Source: Candidatus Sumerlaeaceae bacterium
Lineage (GTDB): Bacteria > Sumerlaeota > Sumerlaeia > Sumerlaeales > Sumerlaeaceae
NCBI GenBank assembly: GCA_051003195.1
Contig: JBPCLP010000025.1
Location: 96,001 to 160,000 of the forward strand
Length of the DNA: 64,000 nt
Reading direction: 5' to 3'
Under the pieces are notes generated by a model that saw only the letters and a program-made list of their open reading frames with translations, was not told where the DNA came from and searched no databases. The translations under genes and the position numbers were made by a program. The first letter of the stretch is position 1. Every line of letters starts with the position of its first letter. Shown here piece after piece: positions 1 through 8,490 of the stretch.

Positions 1-1415
1 TCTTTATCCACGTGTTCGGCGTCACAACGTCAGCGATCTACCAGTATGCAGCGATACCGTTTATAGCTGCGCTCGGATTAAACGAGTGGAGCGCTCGACT
101 CCCCGCCGCCGCTGCAGGAATCGCTACAATCGGTTTCACCTTTCTTGTGATGCGTATTTTACGCGGAAGCAGGACCGCGCTGTGGGCCGCCTTCCTGCTG
201 GCCCTTTCGCCCTGGCATATCGTCTTCAGCCGATGGGCACAACAGGGTATCTTTGTGCCTCTTTTGCTCTCGATAGGAGCGTACGGGCTCGCTCGCTATA
301 CCTCACGCGCGAATCCGCGAAAGTCCGACATGACCCTGCTACTCATCGGAACTGCCTCGATGGGTTTCGCAACCTACGTCTACGATGTCGCACGGCTTTT
401 CGTACCGCTGTTATTACTCGTCGCGCTGATTACTTACTGGAGACAATTATCGCGTGCTCCATTGCTGCTCGGCGGAACGGTGGTGGCATGCCTCATCGGC
501 GCGCTTCCCACTTTGTACCTCCTCTTTTTTCAGAGCGGCTCTGCACACGCGCGATTCGGATTCGTTTCGATTTTACAGCCTGGAATCGGCGCGGTGGAGA
601 TTGTTCGCGTCTTCTTCATGAACTATGTCGCACACTGGTCGCCGCAGTTCCTGCTGCTGCACGGTGATTCCGAGCTGCGCCACGGTCCGCAAATCGGCGT
701 CCTCACATTGCTTGAAATACTGGGCCTCGTCGCGGGCGGGGTCGTACTTCTCCGCGATCGGAGCCGCGCCAACTGGTTTTGGATTGGCTGGCTGCTGCTC
801 TTTCCGGTCGCCGCAAGCCTCACGCGCATCGGCATTCCCCATGCCTTGCGATGCATCGTTGCGCTCCCCGCCCTGCAGATCGTCGCCGCGATCGGGCTCG
901 AGACGTGTACGCAGCACATCCGCATCGAAAGACGTCGCGCGTTTCAGCAGCTGCTCGTGCTCCTCGCGTTCCTCACCTTTGTGCCGTTTGGATTGCGCTA
1001 TTACTCGCATCAGTATGCCCTGGCTTCTGCATTCAACTGGCAGTACGGCCTGAAGGAATCGCTCAAGCTGTGCAATGAAGGTGAACTTCGCGACGCGCGG
1101 GTTTACATGCACAACATCGTCGGCGCGGAGTACCTCGTCCCGTTCTATCTGGGTGCGGACCCCAACGCGGTGCAATCCGTCAGGCGCACTTCGTCGGCGC
1201 ACTTCGGGCGATTTGTATATCTCCCATTCCAACAGGAAGACCGGTTACTGCAAGTTTCAGACGATTTGCCTGCTGCCTACATTACTCCGCCGGGTAGATA
1301 CAGCTGGCCCCGCGGCTGGCGGCCGTTGGCTATTTTTCCTGCGCACGACGAGAACTACCCACCCGTACTCTATGTTTACCTGAACCCTGCACTGCGCGCG
1401 AAGCTGGAGAAATGA
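1..1415 (+). CDS. ArnT/PMT-like GT-C membrane glycosyltransferase, probably 5'-truncated by the window edge
   Basis: Polytopic membrane ORF (12..1415) with LGLNEWSARLP and ALSPWHIVFSR motifs typical of ArnT-like proteins. Confidence 0.7.
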   Translation, partial: FIHVFGVTTSAIYQYAAIPFIAALGLNEWSARLPAAAAGIATIGFTFLVMRILRGSRTALWAAFLLALSPWHIVFSRWAQQGIFVPLLLSIGAYGLARYTSRANPRKSDMTLLLIGTASMGFATYVYDVARLFVPLLLLVALITYWRQLSRAPLLLGGTVVACLIGALPTLYLLFFQSGSAHARFGFVSILQPGIGAVEIVRVFFMNYVAHWSPQFLLLHGDSELRHGPQIGVLTLLEILGLVAGGVVLLRDRSRANWFWIGWLLLFPVAASLTRIGIPHALRCIVALPALQIVAAIGLETCTQHIRIERRRAFQQLLVLLAFLTFVPFGLRYYSHQYALASAFNWQYGLKESLKLCNEGELRDARVYMHNIVGAEYLVPFYLGADPNAVQSVRRTSSAHFGRFVYLPFQQEDRLLQVSDDLPAAYITPPGRYSWPRGWRPLAIFPAHDENYPPVLYVYLNPALRAKLEK

Positions 1416-2098
1416 CCAGGACACCCAAAGCTCTCATGGGCCACAAAAGCGCTCATCTGCATCCCACTCCCCCGCCGGATCTTTCTCTTCGATTTCCACA
1501 GGCCTTCTACGAACGGTCGACGCTGCAGGTGTGCAGAGATCTGCTCGGAGCTTACCTCGTCCACAACACTACTGCCGGCCCTGTCGGTGGACGCGTTGTC
1601 GAAGCCGAAGCGTACCTGGGTCCGGCCGACCAGGGGGCGCATTCCGCGGCCGGGCGCAGAACGCAGCGCAACGAAGTGATGTACGGCGCGCGTGGCAGAG
1701 CGTATGTTTTCATCATCTACGGCATGTACTGGTGCTTCAACGTGGTCACCGGTGCAGGCCAGCGCCCGCAGGCTATTCTCATCCGCGCGCTCGAACCATC
1801 ACTGGGGATTGATCTCATGAAAGATAACCTGAGCGCGCCGGCACACGTGGCGCTATCAACTTTGTGTCGCGGACCCGGAAAACTCTGCAAGGCGCTGGGA
1901 ATCACACGAGACTATAACAGCGAGGATCTCTCCGGCAATCGGCTGTTTCTGGTTCCCGGGAAGCGGCTGCCCGCGGCTCTCGTTGGCCGCTCGCCACGCA
2001 TCAACATCGATTACGCAGGCGACTGGATCGACAAGCCCTGGCGCATGTACGAACGCGGCAACCCATGCGTAAGCGGCCCTCCGCGGTTACGTGTTTGA
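1412..2098 (+). CDS. mpg: DNA-3-methyladenine glycosylase (MPG/AAG family)
   Basis: GRVVEAEAYLG, AYVFIIYGMYWCFNVV, LCRGPGKLCKALGI and PRINI motifs; ATGA overlap with the upstream gene. Confidence 0.93.
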   Translation: MTRTPKALMGHKSAHLHPTPPPDLSLRFPQAFYERSTLQVCRDLLGAYLVHNTTAGPVGGRVVEAEAYLGPADQGAHSAAGRRTQRNEVMYGARGRAYVFIIYGMYWCFNVVTGAGQRPQAILIRALEPSLGIDLMKDNLSAPAHVALSTLCRGPGKLCKALGITRDYNSEDLSGNRLFLVPGKRLPAALVGRSPRINIDYAGDWIDKPWRMYERGNPCVSGPPRLRV

Positions 2099-3115
2099 CG
2101 CGCGTGCCTGGTGCAGCATGTGCAAATGCAGCAGTCCGCCCAGCAGCGAGAGTATCGCAATGTAGCTGAACTGAATCAGCGAGATTCCGACCGCTGCTTC
2201 AGGCGCTACTGCACTGCTCGCCAGTAGCAGTACGTAGCCGGCTTCACGCAGTCCGATGCCATTAAAGCTGATCGGCAGCATTGCGGCCAGCGTTACCATG
2301 GGAACCGCTATCAGGAACGGATGAAACGGCAACTGTAGCCCCAGCGCACGCGAGGCAATATAGACCAGGGTACTGTCGATCACCTGCGTGAGAACCGAAA
2401 GAAGGAGTGGCACCGACCAGTAACTGCGATAGTACCGTATCTCCTCGTGCAACGTATGCAGCGCACCCAGCAGCCGGCCGCGCCAGCCTACATGCACGTG
2501 ATCGGGCCCTTGCGCCGTTTTCCATATCAGCTTATAGAGCGGTTCGGAAACAAGTGCCAGGTTGATTGCGACATACCCTGCGGTTGCCATGGCAAACCAT
2601 ACGGCCGGAAACGACAACAGGTAAGGCAGTTCGTATCTACCTGCCACGGGTGGAATGCGTTCCGGCCAGATCCAGCTCGCCAGGTTTGCAACAATCAGCA
2701 ACCCCGCAAGTCCTGTATTGCGCTGCATAAAGACACTCGCAGCCGCACGCATCGAGCCGCCAACACGTTCGGCCACAAACACCGTGCGCGCTACGTCACC
2801 ACCCAGGGAACCCGGCAGGAAGTTGTTATAAAACATTCCGATCAGCGAAATCCGCACAGACTCGCGCAGCCGCAGCCGCTCTCCCAGGTGCGCCAGCAGT
2901 AGCTTCCATTTGTACGCTGTCAGGGTTTCGCCAATGATCGCAATGGCTAACCCGAAAAGCAGCAGCGGCACCGATGCGTTGCGAAGCTTCTCCACCGTCT
3001 TGTGGAAGTCCGCAAAAATGCGAAACACCACGATCAGCAGTCCCGCTGCCAACAGAATGCGTATCAGCAGGACTGTGCGCGAACGAAGCGATTGACTGCT
3101 GCTGGTCATGAACAC
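2087..3115 (-). CDS. Lysylphosphatidylglycerol synthase TM domain / UPF0104 flippase-like protein
   Basis: IGMFYNNFLPGSLGGDVAR and LPISFNGIGLRE motifs; multiple TM segments. Confidence 0.85.
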   Translation of the reverse strand: MFMTSSSQSLRSRTVLLIRILLAAGLLIVVFRIFADFHKTVEKLRNASVPLLLFGLAIAIIGETLTAYKWKLLLAHLGERLRLRESVRISLIGMFYNNFLPGSLGGDVARTVFVAERVGGSMRAAASVFMQRNTGLAGLLIVANLASWIWPERIPPVAGRYELPYLLSFPAVWFAMATAGYVAINLALVSEPLYKLIWKTAQGPDHVHVGWRGRLLGALHTLHEEIRYYRSYWSVPLLLSVLTQVIDSTLVYIASRALGLQLPFHPFLIAVPMVTLAAMLPISFNGIGLREAGYVLLLASSAVAPEAAVGISLIQFSYIAILSLLGGLLHLHMLHQARASNT

Positions 3116-3206
3116 AGCGTTCCCGCGCGAATCCAGAGCGCAATCTCTTTGCTTGCAGCCCGCTCACGCGCTTTCAACTTCGCATCCGTAAGCCAAAGCG
3201 GAGAAC

Positions 3207-4031
3207 TTGATGAAACTTGGAATAGTTGGCAGCACCACGATGGCGGACTTCTGGCGCGCGGCCGCGATGGCAGCAGATGCACGTGCAGATATTAAGTACT
3301 ACGAGTCTGACGTGCCTGGTGCAGATCTCGCAATCGCCGACTGCGAAGTGGTGTGGATTCCAGCTTCCTCGATGGCTGTGAACCACGGGGCGGGCAGAGT
3401 GCTATACAACCCCGCCGCTGACCCGGAACACAAAATAACCAACGGCAGTCCGAGCTTTCCACTGCGCCATCGGTCCGAGATTCGACACCTGAAGCAAGTG
3501 TTGGAAGGCGGAAAGCTGGGCCAGGTCGGCACCGTGCGACTCAGCCTGTGCCGCAGCGCCTCCGCTCCGGGCCCGCTTTGCTATAGCGAGTTCTCTCCGG
3601 TCGCAGGCGCACTGCAGCAACTCGGGGGGCATGGGTTTGATGCAATCCACTGGTGCTTTGGTAATATCGAGCGCGTGCACGCCGTCGAAAGCAGCGAATC
3701 CACAAATGCCGCGCAGTATGCGCTGCTCGTGGCGCGACTCGATAGCGGCGCCATTGCGCATCTGGAGCTTTCCTTCGCCGAGCCTGCAGGTGGTGACTAC
3801 CTCTATTATGAAATCGCAGCGAAAAACGGCATCGTTGAATACGACTCCCGCAAAGAGCCCACCCTGGAGCTTGTCGCAAAAACTTCCGCCGCCCCAGCTA
3901 CGTCCCCACCGCCCGAACTCGTCGCCGAACTCCGCGCATTTCTCAGGAACGAGACTGCGAATTTCCCAACTCATGCAGACGCCGCCGCAGCAAGCCAGCT
4001 AGTAAAAGCCAGCCGGGCCAGCGTTATCTAG
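3207..4031 (+). CDS. Gfo/Idh/MocA-family oxidoreductase (divergent)
   Basis: N-terminal KLGIVG, G-K-LG-V segment, HGFDAIHWCFG, GAIAHLELSF. Confidence 0.65.
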   Translation: MMKLGIVGSTTMADFWRAAAMAADARADIKYYESDVPGADLAIADCEVVWIPASSMAVNHGAGRVLYNPAADPEHKITNGSPSFPLRHRSEIRHLKQVLEGGKLGQVGTVRLSLCRSASAPGPLCYSEFSPVAGALQQLGGHGFDAIHWCFGNIERVHAVESSESTNAAQYALLVARLDSGAIAHLELSFAEPAGGDYLYYEIAAKNGIVEYDSRKEPTLELVAKTSAAPATSPPPELVAELRAFLRNETANFPTHADAAAASQLVKASRASVI

Positions 4032-4129
4032 TGTGCCGAATCAGTAGTTCCTTACCAGGCCAAAGGGCAGACTTGAGAGCTCGATTCGGCACACAGAACT
4101 GGTTACGAATTAATGGTAGACCACGCTAG
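4028..4129 (+). mobile_element. CTAG-bounded hairpin element (family A), copy 1
   Basis: CTAG at 4028-4031 and 4126-4129; GTGTGCCGAATC (4031-4042) pairs with GATTCGGCACAC (4083-4094); homologous to 12512-12599, 28889-28966 and 58165-58265. Confidence 0.8.
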
Positions 4130-4191
4130 CCTGAATTGTCAGGGAAGCATCGACTCTGGAATTGGCTGTGGCATCGGCTGTATCGTAATTT

Positions 4192-4515
4192 ATGAATCCG
4201 CAGAGTGAATGGGTCATCGACAGCGATGCGCTTGCTCGAGTCCATGACCTCGTCCGGCGCCAACGCTTACGTTGCCTCTGGTTCACGCGCGAATCTGCCT
4301 GAAGATCTGCCCTCTTGCTTGCGAACACTCGACCAGATCGAGACGAATGGCGACCGAAACGCATACGTGGAGGCGCGCAAACTAAAGCAGTGGCTCTTAC
4401 AATTAGCCAGCGGGACATCTGCCGCCTAATATCCCAAAACCGAAAGTCGCAGAACGAAGCCTACATCGCTATTCGCGGAGCATTTCCAATGATAGGTTCT
4501 GATGCTGACAATTAG
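4192..4515 (+). pseudogene. Decayed two-gene module: frameshifted small antitoxin-like gene plus N-terminal stub of an AbiEii-like nucleotidyltransferase
   Basis: ATG 4192 frame reads ...RQRLRCLWFTRE and continues in another frame as LPED...LDQIETNGDRNAYVEARKLKQWL; overlapping GTG 4390 reads MALTISQRDICRLISQNRKSQNEAYIA and then stops. Confidence 0.5.
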
Positions 4516-4576
4516 ATCGCAGCAGTAACTCGTAACACTTGTTCGAAATTGCCGGCCATCAAGACGCCTGCCCCAT

Positions 4577-4628
4577 AAAACAAAACCGCCCCGGGCTGTT
4601 CGCGCAGCACCGGGGCGGTTGGTTTTTC
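4577..4628. terminator. Intrinsic terminator downstream of rny, possibly bidirectional
   Basis: AACCGCCCCGG...CCGGGGCGGTT stem with an A-tract on the left and a T-tract on the right. Confidence 0.75.
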
Positions 4629-4755
4629 AGGAGGTTTACTTTTCTACTCTTCCACTTTTGTACTTTTCTGCTTCAGCTCTCGTGAGTTTTGCTTTCTTGG
4701 TTTTGGCTGCTGTTTGCCTCAGCAGTTCATTCCAGCGAGGGCGGCTTCCCGGCCT

Positions 4756-6327
4756 CTATTTAGCATATTCGACGATTCGTTTCTCTCTCAGAACCGTGAC
4801 TTTGATTTGTCCCGGGTACTCCAGTTCGTCCTCAATGCGCTTCGTAACTTCGCGCGCCAGGACAGCTGCTTCGTTGTCGTTGATGCGTTCTGGTTCGACC
4901 ATAATTCGAACCTCTCGCCCTGCCTGCAGTGCGTAGGATTTCTCCACGCCTGCAAAGCTGCTGGCGATTTCTTCCAGCTTTTCGAGCCGCTTCACATAGC
5001 TCTCAAGGCTTTCGCGTCTCGCACCCGGCCGCGATGCTGAAATTGCATCCGCTGCCTGTACCAGGATGGCCACCAGCGTGCGAGGCTCTTCCTCATTGTG
5101 ATGCGCTGCAATGGCGTGTACGACCGGTGCGCTCTCACCGTACTTGCGGCAAAGCTCCGCACCAATCAAGGCGTGCGTCCCCTGCATCTCGTGACTGACT
5201 GCCTTACCAAGGTCATGCAGCAGTCCGGCCCGCCTGGCTACCGTTGCATCGGCTCCAAGTTCCGCGGCCATCGAGGCGCAAAGGTGTGCAACCTCCTGCA
5301 CATGCAGCAGGATGTTCTGCCCGTAAGACGTGCGGAACTTCAAGCGGCCGAGCAATTTGATCAGCTCGGGGTGCAGGTCGTGGATGCCCAGGTCGAATGC
5401 AACCTGTTCGCCCTCCTGGCGCAGGTGCTCCAGCAACTCGCGCTCGGTCTTCTTTACTACTTCTTCGATGCGGGCGGGATGAATGCGTCCGTCCGCCAGT
5501 AGCTTTTCGAGCGAGAGCCTGGCAATCTCTCTGCGCAGCGGGTCGAAACAGGAAAGCACTACGGCCTCAGGTGTATCGTCCACGATCAGATTTACGCCGG
5601 TAGCAGCCTCCAGGGCACGAATATTACGTCCTTCGCGCCCGATGATGCGTCCTTTAACGTCTTCCGAGGGCAACGTCAGCACCGAACACGTCGACTCAGA
5701 TACCTGCTCGGAAGAGCACTTCTGAATGGCCAGCGTGATGATTTGTCGCGCCTTCTTGGCTGCCGTTTCACGAGTTTCGTTTTCAACCCGGCGAATGATT
5801 CCGGCGCTTTCCTGCCGGACCTCAGTCTCCAGGCTTTCAAGCAGAACCCGTTTAGCCTCGTCCACCGTCATGCCGCAGATCTCCTCGGCCTTCCGGCGGG
5901 TTTCGCCAATCGCCTGCTCCAGGTCTCCTTCGCGTTTGTCGAAGGCGGCCTTTCTGTCATCCAGCGCGGTTTCCTTATCCATCAGTTGACGCTCGCGCCG
6001 TTCGTACTGCTCGATCTTGTTGTCGAGAACCCGCTCCTTGTTCTTGAGACGGTTCTCAATCCGCTCGACCTCGACACGGCGACGCTGGTTATCCTTCTCG
6101 AACACGCGCGTGCGTTGAAGGATTTCCTCCTTCACCTGCAACTCGGCGGACTTGCGGATCGTCTCGGCGTCCAGTTCGGCTTTCGCCTTTACGTCCAGCG
6201 CCGCTCGCTCCGCATTACTTACTCGTGTCCCCATCCGCTTCTGTAAAAACCAGAACAAAGCCCAGACGCACACCGCCAGTATGACGACGTTCGCCAGGAC
6301 CACGGATAGTATCCAATAATTATCCAT
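4756..6327 (-). CDS. rny: Ribonuclease Y
   Basis: N-terminal TM helix, coiled coil, KH domain ([13 protein letters not shown]), HD domain (GLLHDLGK), C-terminal [12 protein letters not shown]. Confidence 0.97.
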   Translation of the reverse strand: MDNYWILSVVLANVVILAVCVWALFWFLQKRMGTRVSNAERAALDVKAKAELDAETIRKSAELQVKEEILQRTRVFEKDNQRRRVEVERIENRLKNKERVLDNKIEQYERRERQLMDKETALDDRKAAFDKREGDLEQAIGETRRKAEEICGMTVDEAKRVLLESLETEVRQESAGIIRRVENETRETAAKKARQIITLAIQKCSSEQVSESTCSVLTLPSEDVKGRIIGREGRNIRALEAATGVNLIVDDTPEAVVLSCFDPLRREIARLSLEKLLADGRIHPARIEEVVKKTERELLEHLRQEGEQVAFDLGIHDLHPELIKLLGRLKFRTSYGQNILLHVQEVAHLCASMAAELGADATVARRAGLLHDLGKAVSHEMQGTHALIGAELCRKYGESAPVVHAIAAHHNEEEPRTLVAILVQAADAISASRPGARRESLESYVKRLEKLEEIASSFAGVEKSYALQAGREVRIMVEPERINDNEAAVLAREVTKRIEDELEYPGQIKVTVLREKRIVEYAK

Positions 6328-6361
6328 GGAAAGCTTTCTACCTCCATATTGTCAAAGAACA

Positions 6362-6499
6362 CTGACCTGCTGCATCGGTCTAAGCGACTTACCCCGAAAC
6401 ACCAGGTAATGAACGCCTGGGTAGCCTGCGGCAATTTTCTGCCCGTCAAACCCCCACAGCTTGAACCATTGGTCTCTACAACCGGGTAATTGCAGTCAA
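6362..6499 (+). ncRNA. ssrS: Probable 6S RNA, antisense to the flanking genes
   Basis: By-eye pairing of 6363-6388 with 6471-6498, where the G-U wobbles work only on the + strand; central bubble with CCCACAGCTTGAACCATTGGT resembling the 6S CTTGAACC motif; lies between ygfA and rny, a common 6S neighbourhood. Confidence 0.5.
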
Positions 6500-6901
6500 A
6501 TCAAAAGAACCGCCAATTTCACCACTTTTCCACAGTCGACGACCAGTTTTGTCTAAATCCGGCTTTCTCGTCCCATGGCATGGATGAATCTGGCGCTGAT
6601 GCGTCTGGATTCCAGGCGTAGTTCACGGCGAGCACAGGTGCGGCAAGGATCTCGATTTCCCGCATGTAATCGGTGCCGCGTTCAAAAAAGTTCCAAGTTG
6701 TCGCACATAAGCCCTTTAACTTCAGCGCGTTTGCTGCGCGTGCGTGACCGTAGATATTACGGGCGACTGTGTGGTCCCATCTTTGAGACGTAACACGTCT
6801 GCACGCGACACACCGCAAGCGCAGCACATCGCAAGCAACCACGCGGACAAAATGCTGCGAATCAACGCGGGCTGCATCTTACACTGTCCCAAAGTCAAAG
6901 G

Positions 6902-7483
6902 TCACCGGCGGCTTGCCGCGGCAGTCACCGACGTTTCCGTTACGAGCACTTCCACGGGAATATCCCAGTCCTCGTGCGGAACATGATCAATTACCTGGAA
7001 ATCAAAAGAAAGCCCAACCGACGACGAAAGGGCAGGCGCGACAGCCAACAGGCGATCGAAGTAACCACTGCCAAAACCGACACGATAACCGTGTTTATCC
7101 CAGACAATCCCCGGCACAACAAACAGGTCGACCTGCGATATGTCTGGGTGCGCAAGCGGCTCCAGGCGAAACCCGCTGCCTTCAGCAATCACCTGCTCCA
7201 CTGTTTCCTGCGGCCGCAGTGTGGCTGCCGGGCCCGGGGCCAGAACCGTCTTACCGCTTCGCAGCAGGCTCAGGATGAGCTCGCGCGTCTCTACCTCGCC
7301 AGGAAATGCGACGTAAGAATAAACGCATTTCGCGCGTGCCACCTGATCCAGGGCAAGTACGGCATTCGTAATCAGCGCGCACTTCCGGTCGCGTTCCTCG
7401 CGTGACTGTTGCGACCGCAGCTCCCGATACTTCGCGCGCAATTGAGCTTTTATCGCGGCATCATCTTTTCCGGTGACCGGCAC
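6902..7483 (-). CDS. ygfA: 5-formyltetrahydrofolate cyclo-ligase
   Basis: K-LR-R N-terminus, EVETRELI, DLFVVPG...GYRVGFGSGYFDRLL, VPHEDWDIPV. Confidence 0.93.
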   Translation of the reverse strand: MPVTGKDDAAIKAQLRAKYRELRSQQSREERDRKCALITNAVLALDQVARAKCVYSYVAFPGEVETRELILSLLRSGKTVLAPGPAATLRPQETVEQVIAEGSGFRLEPLAHPDISQVDLFVVPGIVWDKHGYRVGFGSGYFDRLLAVAPALSSSVGLSFDFQVIDHVPHEDWDIPVEVLVTETSVTAAASRR

Positions 7484-7519
7484 TAGAGACAGCCGTTCAT
7501 CGGCCTATATCCACATGGC

Positions 7520-8419
7520 TCAGTAGCTGCCCTTACCCTGCTGTCCCTTTACAATGCCTACGCTGGCGCTGGCGCCGATGCGCGTTGCGCCGCTGTTAAT
7601 CATGGTCTGGGCGGTGCCACAGTCGCGAATGCCACCCGAAGCCTTTACGCCCATCTGGTCGCCGACGATCCGCCGCATGAGTGCCACATCTTCCGGGGTC
7701 GCGCCACCTGTTGAAAATCCAGTCGACGTTTTCACAAAGTCCGAACCCGCCGCTTTAGCCAACACGCACGCCGCGATCTTCTGGTCTTCGTTAAGTAACG
7801 ACGTTTCCAGGATCACCTTCACCGTGTTCCCGGAGGCCGCTTTTACGACCGCCCGTATGTCTTCGTAAGTGTATGCGTAATTCCCGGATTCCAGCTTGCC
7901 GACGTTGATCACCATGTCCACTTCATCGGCGCCCTGGGACACTGCTGTCCGCGTTTCGAATGCCTTCGCGTCGGTGCTCATCGCGCCAAGCGGGAAACCC
8001 ACCACGCAGCACACCTTTACACCCGACCCGGCAAGCAACCTTGCGCACGTTTCCACGTACGATGTGTTCACGCACACAGAAGCAAATTTGTGTTTGCGCG
8101 CCTCGGCACAAAGCTTCTCAACCTCAGTCTCGGTCGCATCCGCCTTGAGCAGCGTGTGGTCGATATAAGGTGCAAGATCGCCGCACTCCAATCCCCCACC
8201 GCTCGCGCCGATTCGGCACGCGCCTTTATCCAGCACTTCCTTGCTGGCCCTGGTCTGCTCGACCTTACACTCGGTGCAATCCTCGCTCTTCTTCCCGTGA
8301 GCGCATTTGCACCCGCAGCCACATTCGGACGATTTCTTGTCGGGCGAGGCCGGCGAGGACAACCGCCGCACCACTTCGTCAACGACTTCTGCTATTTCTT
8401 TCTCGGACAATGCTTCCAT
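7520..8419 (-). CDS. deoC: Deoxyribose-phosphate aldolase with an N-terminal encapsulation-peptide-like helix and Cys-rich linker
   Basis: IDHTLLK, VVGFPLG, DEVDMVIN, KVILET, FVKTSTGF, VKASGGIR, GATRIGAS; about 80 aa N-terminal extension. Confidence 0.95.
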   Translation of the reverse strand: MEALSEKEIAEVVDEVVRRLSSPASPDKKSSECGCGCKCAHGKKSEDCTECKVEQTRASKEVLDKGACRIGASGGGLECGDLAPYIDHTLLKADATETEVEKLCAEARKHKFASVCVNTSYVETCARLLAGSGVKVCCVVGFPLGAMSTDAKAFETRTAVSQGADEVDMVINVGKLESGNYAYTYEDIRAVVKAASGNTVKVILETSLLNEDQKIAACVLAKAAGSDFVKTSTGFSTGGATPEDVALMRRIVGDQMGVKASGGIRDCGTAQTMINSGATRIGASASVGIVKGQQGKGSY

Positions 8420-8490
8420 AAGCCGGTAGATTGCCGATGCGACAATGGCTCAGTCAAGGCACAGCTTCAGGTATCCCGCCGCCCACCACA

